Source: Lingula anatina
Lineage: Eukaryota > Animalia > Brachiopoda
NCBI GenBank assembly: GCA_051362555.1
Contig: CM120646.1
Location: 5,518,001 to 5,582,000 of the forward strand
Length of the DNA: 64,000 nt
Reading direction: 5' to 3'
Both the position numbers and the translations under genes were made by a program. This document shows, piece after piece, positions 27,367 to 40,952 of the stretch. How positions within the stretch are numbered: the stretch's first letter is position 1; the number at the start of each line of letters is the position of its first letter. The notes beneath the pieces were generated by a model that was given only the letters and a program-made list of their open reading frames with translations, made no database searches and was not told the origin of the DNA.

Positions 27367-30283
27367 AAAACTAGAGGATCAGAGAGGCGATACCGCCTCC
27401 GAATATTGTACCACCAGCTGGAGCAAGCGCATTCGTATAGACCCCCACATACACAAAATAAGGGACACAGCCACCAGTTTTGTGCTTGACAAGCTGTAAA
27501 AATGCAATCAACAAGAATTTTTAAACTATTGCAAAAAATATATATGGTACAATCAAATTTAAGTTCTTCGTAAGGTAGGTCAAGGGTCAATTTCAAGGTC
27601 ACAGTAAATTGCCAGTATATGACTTCCTATTCAAGTTCAAGAGTAACTATGGACCTATCTCTGTCAAGTTTGAAGTTAAAAGAGAAAGAAATTAGCAGAG
27701 TTCAGTTCATGATAAAAAGTAGGTCAAAGGTCAATTTCAAGGTCACATTTAGATTGCCAGTATATGATTTTCTATTCAAGTTCAATAGTAACTATGGACC
27801 TATCTCTGCCAGTTTTGGAGATAAAAGGGAAGCAAAATTTGCAAAGTTCAGTTTATGGTGAAAAGTAGGACAAAGGTCAATTTTAATGTCACATTTATAA
27901 TGCCAGTATATGACTTCCTATTCAAGTTCAATAGTAACTATGGACCTATCTCTGCCAGTTTTGGAGATAAAAGGAAAGCAAAATTTGCAAAATTCAGTTC
28001 ATGGTGTAAAGTAGGTCAAAGGTCAATTTTAAGGTCACATTTAGATTGCCAGTATATGACTTCCTATTCAAGTTCAATAGTAACTATGGACCTATCTCTG
28101 CCAGTTTTGGAGATAAAAGGAAAGCAAAATTTGCAAAGTTCAGTTCATGGTAAAAAGTAGGTCAAAGGTCAATTTCAAGATCACATTTAGATTGCCAGTA
28201 TATGACTTCCTATTCAAGTTCAATAGTAACTATGGACCTATCTCTGCCAGTTTTGGAGATAAAAGGAAAGCAAAATTTGCAAAGTTCAGTTCATGGTGAA
28301 AAGTAGGTCAAAGGTCAATTTCAAGGTCACATTTACATTGCCAGTATATGACTTCCTATTCAAGTTCAATAGTAACTATGGACCTATCTCTGCCAGTTTT
28401 GGAGATAAAAGGAAAGCAAAATTTGCAAAATTCAGTTCATGGTGTAAAGTAGGTCAAAGGTCAATTTTAAGGTCACATTTAGATTGCCAGTATATGACTT
28501 CCTATTCAAGTTCAATAGTAACTATGGACCTATCTCTGCCAGTTTTGGAGATAAAAGGGAAGCAAATTTTGCAAAGTTCAGTTTATGGTGAAAAGTAGGT
28601 CAAAGGTCAATTTTAAGGTCACATTTAGATTGCCAGTATATGACTTCCTTTTCAAGTTCAATAGTAACTATGGACCTATCTCTGCCAGTTTTGGAGATAA
28701 AAGGAAAGCAAAATTTGCAAAGTTCAGTTCATGGTGAAAAGTAGGTCAAAGGTCAATTTCAAGGTCACATTTACATTGCCAGTATATGACTTCCTATTCA
28801 AGTTCAATAGTAACTATGGACCTATCTCTGCCAGTTTTGGAGATAAAAGGAAAGCAAAATTTGCAAAATTCAGTTCATGGTGTAAAGTAGGTCAAAGGTC
28901 AATTTTAAGGTCACATTTAGATTGCCAGTATATGACTTCCTATTCAAGTTCAATAGTAACTATGGACCTATCTCTGCCAGTTTTGGAGATAAAAGGGAAG
29001 CAAATTTTGCAAAGTTCAGTTTATGGTGAAAAGTAGGTCAAAGGTCAATTTTAAGGTCACATTTAGATTGCCAGTATATGACTTCCTATTCAAGTTCAAT
29101 AGTAACTATGGACCTATCTCTGCCAGTTTTGGAGATAAAAGGGAAGAAAAATTTGCAAAGTTCAGTTCATGGTGAAAAGTAGGTCAAAGGTCACTTTCAA
29201 GGTCATAGTAAGATTGCCAGTATATGACTTCCTATTCAACTTCAATAGTAACTATGGACCTATCTCTGCCAGTTTTGGAGATATAAGGGACTAAATGTTA
29301 TAATTTTGGAGTTACCATAATGTGCCTTAAATTTCGTACAGAAAAAATTAATTAAAATAAAGAAAATGGCATTTTGGTCAAAATTCTTGAAATAGGAGGT
29401 GCTCTGAAGTTTCAGAAGTTCAAATTTGATGAAATAATGTCATTTTTGAACACAAGTTGTCTGCTTTGCCAAGCCTTATGTTTTATTTTTCCAGAGTTCA
29501 AAATTTATTATCCATTACCGTACTGCACATTTTGCTTTTACCACCAATATGTACTTTTTGATACAGCATAACTCGAAAACCGTATGGAATACAAAAAAAC
29601 CGAGACCACCTCCAGTGTTGGGCTTTACATGCTCTACAAAATGCAAAAAAGAATGGGTCTCTAGCATTAACGGTTCCCGAATTAAAGACAGTTTTCAGTT
29701 TCGGTATCTTATGGCCGCTACTCCCGTGAAAATGCACCGATTGACCCCAAATTCATGGAGATGAAAGATGACCTGATGGGTAACACTTTCCAATAATATT
29801 ATTGGTTAAATCTGTGTGGTGTCTGAATAACAGGGCAAAAAAAATTTTTTTCGTAAAAAATTTCATTTTTTTGAAAATTTTGGCCCATTTGACCTTGAAG
29901 TAAAGGTCAAAGGTCAAATCCAAGGGTATATTTGAAATCTACACATATGACTTTTGGAAAGCTGTCTATAGAAATTTTTCCCATAACTCCTTCCGTAGGG
30001 TAGATAATTAGCATTTAATTTTGCCATTTTTAGACAAGGGTGCATTGCAATGAGTGCCACACCCAGACCCCAATACCGACAAAGCCCAAATTTTACGTGG
30101 AACGAGTTGAGATTATAGGTGACCTAAATCCATGAGATGGGTACGGGGGCCCTTACCGTCTAGGAGGAGAAGCGGTAACGGTAGCCGTCCGGCGGAGCCA
30201 ACGGAGCCGGCGGAGCCGGCGGAACGATCCGGACGGGACCGAAACCATGTGTACCGCCAGCGCTAACGCTGGTGGTACAATAA
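27367..30283 (-). mobile_element. Non-autonomous Helentron-associated element (HINE/DINE-1-like) with central tandem array
   Basis: Minus strand begins ttattgtaccaccagc followed by its inverted copy (30250-30283) and a GTCC/GCCG-rich simple repeat (about 30185-30240). The other end has the subterminal IR gctggtggtacaata (27404-27418), a hairpin gaggcggtatcgcctc and CTAGTTTT. This is the known Helentron non-autonomous architecture. Confidence 0.8.
27572..29290. repeat. 146-bp satellite, about 12 monomers, with 438-bp (3-mer) higher-order periodicity
   Basis: aggtcaaaggtcaa recurs every 146 bp (27721, 27867, 28013 ... 29181). The diagnostic variant ggtgtaaag occurs at 28003, 28441 and 28879; near-identical spurious ORFs are 438 bp apart. 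Confidence 0.95.
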
Positions 30284-31036
30284 CTGAATGAACATTTATT
30301 ATAAACGACAGAGTCTATTCAACCCATTCCATAAACTTAACAATTAAACGAGTTTTGACTGACACACACAAGCAATATCAAACTAAAATCACAACAGGGG
30401 AGACTTATGTAAATTATCCTGACACTACCGTACATTTGCCTCGGTTTTTGGCTTTACTGCCATTTAGGTAACCTTACTGCACTAAAATGGGAACCATACG
30501 CTACAAGGTGCGACGGAGAAAACACAAAGTTTTGACGGGGTTTGGATGTTTATAACAAATACTGTTTGAGACACCAGGCGACTTGGTACATTGTAACATG
30601 TAAGGCTGAACACTTAGGCAAGCCGTACATTTACATATACAGGTACACGTACCACATTATCGAACCAAGTGCATTGCACGTCACTTCTTTCCACTTGTAA
30701 ACGCTTGTAGAAGATATTTGACTCACAAGACATGTTATCTTCTATCGTAGTTCCACCAAACATGTAGGCCTACACGCTGGGTCCGAGTTTCAACGCTGAA
30801 TAAATATTTCGGCTCTGTGACTTCACCAGACCTTTCCATACATGTCCTCTTCTCACAAGGCCCAGCTGTCAAGTGACCAGTTTGGAGCATAGTTCGCACT
30901 GTGATGTGTGACTTGTTGTTATGCAAATTTCAACTGGTACAGCGAATGACACGTTTTGATTGAGGTTTTGCTGTGGAAATCAGACTCAAAAGAAAGGCGA
31001 ATTTATAGATTAGTATTTTACTACATGCATTTTGAC

Positions 31037-31499
31037 TACCCTCTACCAGGGTGAGTGATAGATTTTTTACAGATATTCACAGATATGTCTCTAGCTAGAT
31101 GGTCATTTTCAGCTAAACCCGCCCTGTTGAGGAATCCCATGTGGGAGCAATTATCTCTGCCCGCGCGCCAAAGGCTTTGTACTTGCTCTGCATGAGCTTC
31201 GCTTCACAACCATGTGATAACTGCTCGTTACGCAACCAGTCTAAGGCTTTTTTATCTGTCACAGAAGAGCAAGTGATTGAAGTCAGAGTAATTATCTGTC
31301 GTGATTGCTGTCACGCAGACTTAGACTGGACCTGCTAAGTGGCAGTGCCTGAGCAGTTATGCAGACGATTATCAGCCATGTAATCAGCCTTGAGATTCCT
31401 CAACAGGGTGAGTTCAGCTGTAAATGACTATCTATCTAGCTAGAGACATATCTGTGAATAACTGTAAAAAAAATCTATCATTCGCCCTGGTAGAGGGTA
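31037..31499. mobile_element. Long-TIR (about 100 bp) MITE, ends TACCCTCTACCAGGG, 9-bp TSD
   Basis: 31037-31138 is inverted at about 31393-31499. Flanks are cattttgac / tattttgac. It is absent from the paralogous flank at about 35515. Confidence 0.85.
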
Positions 31500-32235
31500 T
31501 ATTTTGACTAGGCTATAATCCCGACCCGATAAAACATGTAACCATACATCATAATTTTCAAGGACAACAGTTTATATTAAATTAAAAATAACAATGAATG
31601 AAGGTAGATGTAACAAATCAAATATTAATAAAGTAAATGATAATGCTCATACATTACTGACTTCTGTTTTTGTTGCCAATATCCTTACAATAACTTCAGT
31701 GAAGATATGAATTCAAGAATGTTATCTCCCCACCCGTACACGATCAAAACTCAGGGATTGAAGCAAGGGTTTTTATTATTATTCTGTCAGTACTGATCAC
31801 TGGTCACTCCTACCCTATGCTCTCCGTTTATATAAGATTTCCTATTGAAATTTGAAATAATGCCGGATAGAAAATAAGACTTAATGCACATGTGTATGAT
31901 ATTTAAGGCATACCGTGCACAGTACATATCTATATAAAAGGCTTGAAAGTTTAAGCAATGTCCCATTTATCACCGAGTTAAATTCTGACGAAAATCGTTG
32001 GGAGAATGACGTAAACCTGTTTTCAAGTTTTAAATATTTAGTTCTGAACAGTCACGTGATACTAGAAAGTTTACTTTATGACATTTTTCCAGCATTATTT
32101 GTTTGTCCAACGAGGCAAGATAATTTTCGTTTTTATTTTGGCTGTCCACCCCCTTCAGAAAAATCCTGGGTTCAGCAGTGAAAGTAATGTCTAACTGTTT
32201 TCCTTGTAGAGGGCGTAGAACGTATAAGAAGGGAG

Positions 32236-33345
32236 TTAGTGCAAGGGGAAAACATCCGGAAAGAAATCGGGTTCATCCTTCTCACTCCCATACAGAATGT
32301 TCTTTACTTGTGGTAAACTTCTCCAGCGCAGAACCTTTTGAATACCTGGATGGAACTTGTTGAATGCAGTGGTTATGAACTTTGTAGAGACTCTGTATTC
32401 CATATTGTGTTTTCTGCTGGCATTCCCTGGAATGTCAAAAAACATGGCCTGTCTCTTAAAGGTCCGAAGCAAGTTAATATTTTTCCCGTTGGCAGTTTTA
32501 ACTAAGTTGTTCTTGTCAAACCACGTTCTGAAATAATCGCGCGGTATGCGGAAATCGACAGAATCGGTGTAGGCTCCCTTTAACTTATTAACCGAGTGAT
32601 GCCTTGAATTGTCTGCGTACAGTGCGTTGCAACGGACACGATTTGAATTATAAAACATCGCAGATATGTGAATGACAAAATACTGCGCAAAGAACCATGA
32701 AGTGTGATCTAAATCGGTTATGTATGGCAACATGAAGGAAATTGTGTGGCGATGGAAACCGTTGAAAATAGCATCGAAGTTGTATCTCACCCCCACTGGG
32801 ACTGGAGCATCAAGGAGGTGAAAAAAATAACCTGGAAACCCAACTGCCGGTTGGAAATCTAGTAAAAACAGTTCAAATCGATCAAAAGGGTTGCTTGGTA
32901 AATTCTTTCGCCACCAGCGTTTCTTATTCTCCTCATTACGTAGCAACAAATCATCGTCCAGAAACAGGTAGTACAAGTAGCCGCCGTCATTCCTTTTAGA
33001 TGCACGTTCAATTGCTTCCCAAAGCAGCCGGTTACGACCTGTGGCATGAGTGCTCTTCGGAAAGTAGATGTCGCCTGTTTTGTCTCTGTATGTGAGCCAT
33101 ATTATTTCTCTATTCGGCGTGGCCTTGAGACCGGGAATAGGGTGTCTTGATGCGCCTTGGACGAGATAGACAAACTGTGGCCGTTGTGTCCATACTGGAG
33201 AATCATTTTCACCTATGCTACTTGATATCAGAAACCTGGCAATCTCAGAGTCTGGGAAACCAAAGCGAGCCATATATGGCACCCACAGGAGTATCACAGA
33301 GACAATTGCAAACAAGGATACGCGCATGCATTTCTTCATTGCCAT
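32236..33345 (-). CDS. Type II membrane putative glycosyltransferase (DxD/GT-A-like), copy A, 369 aa
   Basis: Uninterrupted ORF; ATG lies 13 nt after a conserved tttgtttAG acceptor. Short basic N-tail, one TM helix, stem, then YLVQG...TGRNRLL...YYLFLDDD...FDAIFNGFH...SWFFAQ. The gene is well supported; the function is inferred. Confidence 0.8.
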   Translation of the reverse strand: MAMKKCMRVSLFAIVSVILLWVPYMARFGFPDSEIARFLISSSIGENDSPVWTQRPQFVYLVQGASRHPIPGLKATPNREIIWLTYRDKTGDIYFPKSTHATGRNRLLWEAIERASKRNDGGYLYYLFLDDDLLLRNEENKKRWWRKNLPSNPFDRFELFLLDFQPAVGFPGYFFHLLDAPVPVGVRYNFDAIFNGFHRHTISFMLPYITDLDHTSWFFAQYFVIHISAMFYNSNRVRCNALYADNSRHHSVNKLKGAYTDSVDFRIPRDYFRTWFDKNNLVKTANGKNINLLRTFKRQAMFFDIPGNASRKHNMEYRVSTKFITTAFNKFHPGIQKVLRWRSLPQVKNILYGSEKDEPDFFPDVFPLH

Positions 33346-34300
33346 CTGAGTTTTGATCCTAAACAAAAAGAAAAAGAACAAAATTAATTTAATAAACCTT
33401 GATGTTTCTCTTCAGGAATACGCGGGACGCTATGCTAGGCACCAGTATATTTTAAATAATAAGGAAGTATTTGTATAACGCGGGTGTCTTCTTTCATTTG
33501 AGACAAAATAGATCGATTGTACTGACAAAATCATATTGGTCAGATGCTTGTGTTATTGTGCCAAATTAGGTGGCGTAAAAGATTTAAGAAAATTTTCTTT
33601 AAGGATAAATGACCAAATTATGAATGAAAACACCACAAGCCTATCACATATGTCGCTATGTGTGATGCAAATAATTTCGAATCAGTACATACAAATGGTA
33701 CAGCGGATTGTTTTGAGTTTGTAAACTGGTTCATAAATATACTAAAAATGCCTCAATTCACGGCAAATAACATGTTACTCAGTCAGGGATGGATCCAGAG
33801 ATATGATATGAATAACTTTGCCCTTACTAACAGTTTAACATGGAGTTCCGGATTTAAAAGGTTCATTTATTCTTTGAAAAAAAATGCAGGTAGCCGTTAT
33901 TCATATTAAAATCTAGTCGTAAATTTCTAAAGTAGTCACTGTCACTGCCACCACTGTCAAACAGTGAGTCAAAGTTACTGACATCTTTATGTGATGGGCA
34001 CTTGGTTGATTATAGCATCTTTTTGTAGGGCGATCTGCAAGGCCGGCTTGCCATGACCTTGCCAACAAAAATGATCCCAAGCTAGCTGAAAGATTCGACT
34101 GAGAAAGGGTACGTTTTTCAAGATTTAAAAAAATCTTCCAAATTTCATAGCAAATTTCAATCAATTTTGTACACCGAAAGTTAGCGCACTATGAAGAAAA
34201 TGACAAGGAATGATTCATCCAGCAGACGGGATATTATAGTAACGACTAAGGCAAAGCTTTAGTCTAGAAAGCTAATATTCTGATGCATGTGTCAGATTCT

Positions 34301-34332
<32 letters not shown>

Positions 34333-35248
34333 CAAATTATTGATGAATGAAACAACAACCTGAGAAATCTGTAAAAATATTGAGTTACTTTATAACCTTG
34401 GATATCAAGAGTTTTTGTGTTATCGTGATTTCTTTTTACGCTTATAATTATATGCATCAGCTGGAACATGACAAACATGACAAGATCCTAACTTGAACAT
34501 CATATACAAACAGTAAAGAAGGGTTCTAATAATACGAATGTGTTCAGGTGGCCCACAAAAACATTAAAAATGACAAGAAACATCTTGGTACGGTGAACGT
34601 ATTAACTATTATAAATTACAGAGTCTATTCAACCCATTCCATAAAAAGACAAATGCTTCCACATTAGCTATATCAAATTAAAATCACAAGTTAAGAAGTA
34701 TGTATATTACCCTGACATTAGCCGTACATTTATCTCAGTTTTCGGCCTTACATGGTACATGCACAGGAACTTTTACCGTACGTACTATAAGGTGTGGTGG
34801 TGGACACATTGTAACTTTTGTCAGAATTTATATTTATTGCAAGTGCAATATACGCTATATAAACAGACACGAGGCGACGTGAGGCCTTACCTGCGGTATG
34901 GGTACCTACATTATAACATGTAAGGGTGAACACTTGGGCAAGCCGTACATTTTCATACAAGAACATCTACATCTACATTGTACATGTATCACATTATCGA
35001 ACCAAGTACATTACACGTAACTTCTTTCCACTCGTAAACGCTTGTAGAAAATGTTTGACTCACAAGACATTTTTTCAAGAATGGTGCCACCAAACGTGTG
35101 CAATGTCTCCAAGCTTCAACGCCGAATAAAATGTTCAGGTCAGTGACTCGACCACACCTATCCATGCATGTCCTCTTCTTATAGGGCCTTGCTGTCAAGT
35201 GACCAGTTAGGAGCATAGTTCGCACTGTGGTGCGTGACTTACCGGTAT

Positions 35249-35410
35249 CAGGCCCATAGCCAGCATTTTCAAAGGGGGTTCTTTTTCTGAAAAGTGGACT
35301 TTTTACCTTTTTCTTCATGTACCTAGAGCAAATTTTACCCTGAGTGGACTTTATCCCCAGCAAAACAGGCGGTTCTTTCGAATGCCCCGACCTCCCTGGC
35401 TACTGGCCTT
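35249..35410. mobile_element. Diverged copy of the CAGGCCCGTAGCCAG MITE
   Basis: Same internal sequence as 9769-9935; absent from the paralogous site at about 30913. Confidence 0.75.
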
Positions 35411-35764
35411 ATTGTTATGCACATTACAACTGGTACAGCAAATGGCACGTTTTGATTGAGGAGTTGATGTAGAAATCAGTCTCCAAAAATGGCGAATCTA
35501 TAGAAGATTATTTTTCTATTGTGACAAGGCTTTACACCTGGCCCCATAGACCTTTTTTTGACCCTATACATCATATTTCTCAAGGTCAACAGCTCATATT
35601 AAATAAAAGAAATTACAAATAACAATGAAGATAGATATTTCAAATCAAGTAATTGATAATGCTCATACATTTCTGCAGGGGTGGATCCAAAGATATTCTC
35701 TGGCAATCTTCCAAATTATCTTTGTTGACCCATCCTCCATTACCCCCACCCCCATCCCCGCACG

Positions 35765-35814
<50 letters not shown>

Positions 35815-36916
35815 TGTAGTCTCATGACTCACCGAGGTCAAAAAGAAAACCCTAGACTTCCACAGCGTACTTAGTCTAAAAGGGCGCAATACATTAAAAA
35901 CACAATGTCTCATAGGACGGAAATTAGTGAAAAACATTAGAAATGTAAGGAATTGAGCTGACAAACTCAGGTGATGGCAATATGTACTGTCTGTATTATA
36001 TAAAAATTGTCTCCACGCCTGCCAGTGACATATGAAGACCCACAGAGGGCTGTTAGACAGCAATTGTTTAGATGTGAAATATAATGATAACATATCAGTT
36101 TATTAAACTCCTACTTCATGTAGATAAGTATTATTCGATCTATATTCCTATTTTATGGAGCATACAATTATTAGATCTATTTTTTAATTGAGTGAAGTTT
36201 TGAACCTAGGAGTAGGAAACCCCGATGTTCTTCTATCCGTATCCGGAGGGTGGGGGCGTGTATCCGCTACCAGGGTCGCAGATAATTATGTGAGAAAAGT
36301 ACCATCATTTATCTAGAGACATACCTGTGAATGTTTAGTGATAAATCAATCTGTGGCCCTGGTACTTCCAGTGGAAGAGGGTAGGAGACCTGGAATTACT
36401 ATGTACCAACACTTCGTGAACGGTATTTACCGTCTCCCCGCCCGTATTCGATCAGAACTCAGGGGTTGAAGCAAGTTTTTTTTATTATTCTATCAATACT
36501 AATAACTTTTATCATCTGCTCTCCGTTTATATAATATTTCCCATTTCCCATGTCCAAAATTTACTGAAATTCGAAACACTGGAAGAGAGTGAAATACATA
36601 ATACTCCTCTGTGTAGCATTAAAGGCATGCCAAGCGCGGTACATACGCGGTAAAATCGATGGGAGAATAACATAAACCTGTTTTTGAGTTTTGAGTTTTA
36701 AAGTTTTAATTCTGCACAGCTGAATGTGCAATCACCGGTTTACTTCATGAAAGTGGTTAAATTATCACTTCTTTTTCTGCATATTTCATGTTTGTTCAAG
36801 AAAACAAGATGATTTTGGTTGTTTGGTTGTGCACCCCCTTCAGAAAAATCCTGGGCTCGGCAGTGAAAGTAATGCCTATTTTCCTTGTAGAGGGCGTAGA
36901 ACGTATAAGAAGGGAG

Positions 36917-37288
36917 TTAGTGCAAGGGGAAAACATCGGGAAAGAAATCGGGTTCATCCTTCTCACTCCCATACAGGATATTCTTTACTTTTTGTAAACT
37001 TCTCCAGCGCAGAATTTTTTTAATAACTGGATGGGTTTTATTGAATGCAGTGGTGATGAACTTTGTGGAAACTCTGTATTCCATACTGTGTTTTTTGCTG
37101 GCATTTCCCGGAATGTCCACATACATAGCCTCCCTCTTTAAGGTCTGACACAAGGTTATTTTTTCCCCATTGACGGTTTTAACTTTGATGTTCTTGTTAA
37201 TCGACGTTCGAAAATAATCACGCGGTATGCGAAAATCGACAGAATCGGTGTAGGCTCCCTTCAACTTGTTAACCGAGTGATGCCTTGA
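36917..37288 (-). pseudogene. Glycosyltransferase-like copy B, only the 3' third retained
   Basis: Encodes ...RHHSVNKLKGAYTDSVDF...FPDVFPLH*. Homology stops abruptly at about 37288, where the sequence switches to the family's downstream-flank sequence (aagaattttgaagaa, cf. 45030). Confidence 0.85.
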
Positions 37289-37649
37289 AGAATTTTGAAG
37301 AACGATCTAGATTTGTTTAATATGAATTGATTATAAAAGAAAAAGTAATGGAATATATATATATATATAATATTTACTGGATGTATCAAGTGTGCCTTTA
37401 TGATACGAAAGCTTTTATCTACTGGAAATAATAGGTATATATGTATATATAGTTATCGTTTTTATGTGACTTTGTGTTAGATATTAGTTGACTGAAAATT
37501 GTTTAATATAAAGACACACACACCGTATACACCTTTATTTATTCTTTATTCTTATTTATTCTTTATTCTTTCCATCAACGAATGAAATCTCCGGTATTGA
37601 CATTGTAACCAGCCTGTGTCCCTGTGTAGTGATAGTATTCGATGCAATA

Positions 37650-39313
37650 CACTGATGCTCATAAGTTAAGCAACACCCAGATTTTTTCAAAAGTTTCTTC
37701 TACCATGATCATTATTTCATTTGTTAGAGGAATTATGCATATTTCTTTCATATTTTATAAATAACCTATTCAAATTGAATATTTCTGTTAATGAAATACA
37801 CCACATAGCTTATTGTAATAATCAAAATAATTTTATTAACCAAACGGTACCAAAATAGGCCAAACCATGTGTCTAAAAAGTATGCTCACACAGCATAAAG
37901 TACGCGCTGATTAAAACAGCTTATCATGAAAAAATAAAGTTCAATCATCTAAGAATTAGTTTTAATAAAAGGAGACTGTCAATAATAAATGATTAATCGT
38001 CCATTATCCTATAAATATTGGGTGTGCCTTCCCTATTTTTGAACAACAGCTTCACAATGTCTCCTGCAATTTGCCACCAAATTCTGTCAATCTTGCACTG
38101 TAAGCCTGTTCCATTCCTAAATCACTGCCTGCTGGAGCTTTCTTATGTTTCCGACTGGAGGTTGTCTCTCATTAACTGCTCTGCCAATCATATCTTTAGC
38201 ATGTTCAATTACACTGAGAATTGGCGAATATTGCAGGGCCATCCAAATTTGGAATACCATGCTGTTGCAGCGCAATTTGCATGGACCTTGCTTTATGGAT
38301 GGGCAAATTGTCCTGCACCAAAATGATATTTCTTCCTGGATTTGCTTGAATGTGTGATTGCAAGCGCCCCAAAGGTATTTCTTCTCTGTATCATTGACCT
38401 GTGTATCTCCCTTGCATGACGTACAGTGGCAATTTTTCATCATATGAGAAAGCGCACCATACTATGACGGGTACTCCGCCATCCTGAATACGTGGGTGAT
38501 CACAATCATCCTGAAACGCTTGGTTTGGACCTCTCCAGACTCCCAGTCAACCATCTGCATACATCAAAGTGAATCTGCTCTCGTCAGTCCACAGGACTCT
38601 TCACCCAGTCCTTAGATTCTTTCTTTTTCGGCATCTGGCTTATGCCAAACTTATCTGCTTGTGTCTTTTGGTCGACGGTGGCTTTTTAGGAGGCTTTTTA
38701 GATGAAAGTCCAGCTTCTAAATGATGCCTGTTGACTGCCTGCCTACTGACTCGAGCTCTTCCTAATCCAGGCCAGATGTTTCTCAGTTGTTTGGTCGACA
38801 TGAACCGGTTCTGGTGGCGTAGTCGAACCTAACATCTTCTAACACTTGCGTCGGATAATCTCAGTCCACCAGAAAGAGGCTTGTCCAATACATGATGAGT
38901 TTGGCGCCATTTTGCTACCAGCTTGGACACTTGACTTGGTGCTGCTCTCTATTGCCTTACAATCTGTCTCTCTGGCACCCCAGCACGATGGCTTCCTATA
39001 ATTTGCCATCTGATTACCTCGTTGAGTCTTCTTCTAACCATTGGTTGGTACAATATAACAAATTGTGCCCATGAAACTAGCCAAATTGGAAGCTCCGCAT
39101 GGCATGCCCAAACTGTGTTTTTCGCAAGTGGCACCCCTATTGCATATTCTACCCTGCCCAACAGTAAATAGTACTCAAATGTCACGGTCCACTAGTTCGA
39201 AGTAAGAATGAGATACATGTTTAGCTACTGTACAAATTTTGCCTCAATAAAAAGCTTGGTTGCTGAGAAATTTGAGAAATTAGAAAGTGTTGCTTAACTT
39301 ATGAGCATCAGTG
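37650..39313 (-). mobile_element. Tc1/mariner (Tc1-like) transposon, full length with decayed transposase
   Basis: 27-bp TIR CACTGATGCTCATAAGTTAAGCAACAC with TA TSD. Transposase remnant about 39041-38009 (MVRRRLNEVIRWQIIG...; ...IEHAKDMIGRAV...HTQYL) carries stops and frameshifts. Empty site gcaaTAcatg is seen in the paralogous flank at about 45586. Confidence 0.92.
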
Positions 39314-39843
39314 TACATGAAAAGAACAATGTCTCAATAGATGGAAATTAGTGAAAACATACTAGAAATGTAAAGAACTACACTGAAACACTCAAATGAT
39401 AGCATGTAAAGTGTATTATATAAAAAAATGTCTCCATCGCTGCCAGTTACATATAAAGACCCACAGAGGGCTGTTAGACAGCAATTTTTAAGTACGCTTT
39501 GATATGCCATGTGACGATAACATATCAGTTTATTGTAGTCCTACTTCATGTGGATGAGTATAATTTGAACCATTTTTATGGAGCATATATTAAATGTAAT
39601 GTATGTTGGGAGAACAACATTAACCCGTTTTCGAGTTTCAAACTTTTAATTCTGCACAGCTACACGTAAAAATTCGCCAGTTTACTTTATGAAAGTGGTT
39701 AAATTACCCTTTATTTTCCTGCATAATTTATCTTTGTCCAACAAGGCAAGATAATTTTAGTTTTTCTTTTGGTTGTTTACCCCCTGAAAAAATACGGGGT
39801 TCAGCAGTGAAAGTAATGTCTAACTGTTTTCCTTGCAGAGGAG

Positions 39844-40952
39844 TTAGTTCAAGGGGAAAACATCCGGAAAAAAATCGGGCTCATCCTTCCCACTACCATA
39901 CAGGATTTTCTTAACTTTTGGTAAACTTCTCCAGTGCAAAATCCTTTGAATACCTGGATGGGACTTGTTGAATGCAGTGGTTATAAACTTTGTGGAAACT
40001 CTGTATTCCATATTGTGTTTTCTCTTTGCATTTCCTGGTATGTCAAAATACATGGCTTCTCTCTTAAAGGTTCGAAGCAAGTCAATATTCTCCCCGTTGG
40101 CGGTTTTAACTGTGTTGTTCTTGTTGATCCACGTGTGAAAATAATCACGCGATATACGGAAGTCTTCAGAATCGGTGTAGGCTCCCTTTAACTTATTAAC
40201 CGAGTGATGCCTTTTATTTTTTGCGTACACCGCGTTGCAAAGGACACGATTTGAATTATAAAACATCGCAGATATGTGAATGACAAACCACTGCGCAAAG
40301 AACCATGAGGTGTGATCTAAATCGCTTATGTATGGCAACATGAAGGAAATTGTGTGGCGGTGAAACCCGTCGAAAATAGCATCGAAATTGTATTTCACCC
40401 CGACTGGGGCTGGAGCATGATGGTGGTAAAAAAATATCCTGGAAACCCAACTGCCGGTTGGAAATCTAGTAAAAACAGTTCAAATCGATCAAAAGGGTTG
40501 CTTGGTAAATTTTTTCGCCACCAGCGTTTCTTATCCTTCTCATTAGTTAGCAACAAGTCATCGTCTAGAAATAGGTAGTACAAGTAGCCGCCGTCATTCC
40601 TTTTAGATGCACGTTCAATTGCTTCCCAAAGCAGCCGGTTACGACCTGTGGCGTGAGTGCTATTCGGGAAGTAGATGTCGCCTGTTTTGTCTCTGTACGT
40701 CAGCCATATTATTTCTCTATTCGGCGTGGCGTTGAGACCGGGAATAGGGTGTCTTGATGCGCCTTGGACGAGATAGACAAACTGCGGTTGTTCTGTCTTT
40801 TCTGGAGAATCATTTTCAACTGTGCTACTTGATATCGGAGAACGGGTAATCACATTGCCTGGGAAATCCAAGCGAGCCATATATGGCACCCACAGGAGTA
40901 TCAGAGAAACAACAGCAAACAAGGAAAGGCGAATGCATTTCTTCCTCGCCAT
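39844..40952 (-). pseudogene. Glycosyltransferase-like copy C, full length but with a 1-nt frameshift
   Basis: 1109 nt versus 1110 in copies A and E. One base is missing in the A7 run at 40428-40434; adding it restores GYFFYHHHAPAPVGVKYNFD with no other lesion. Confidence 0.8.

Noticed and set aside
27619-29036. Three near-identical 101-aa ORFs plus an 80-aa ORF
   Set aside because: By-products of the 146/438-bp satellite periodicity.
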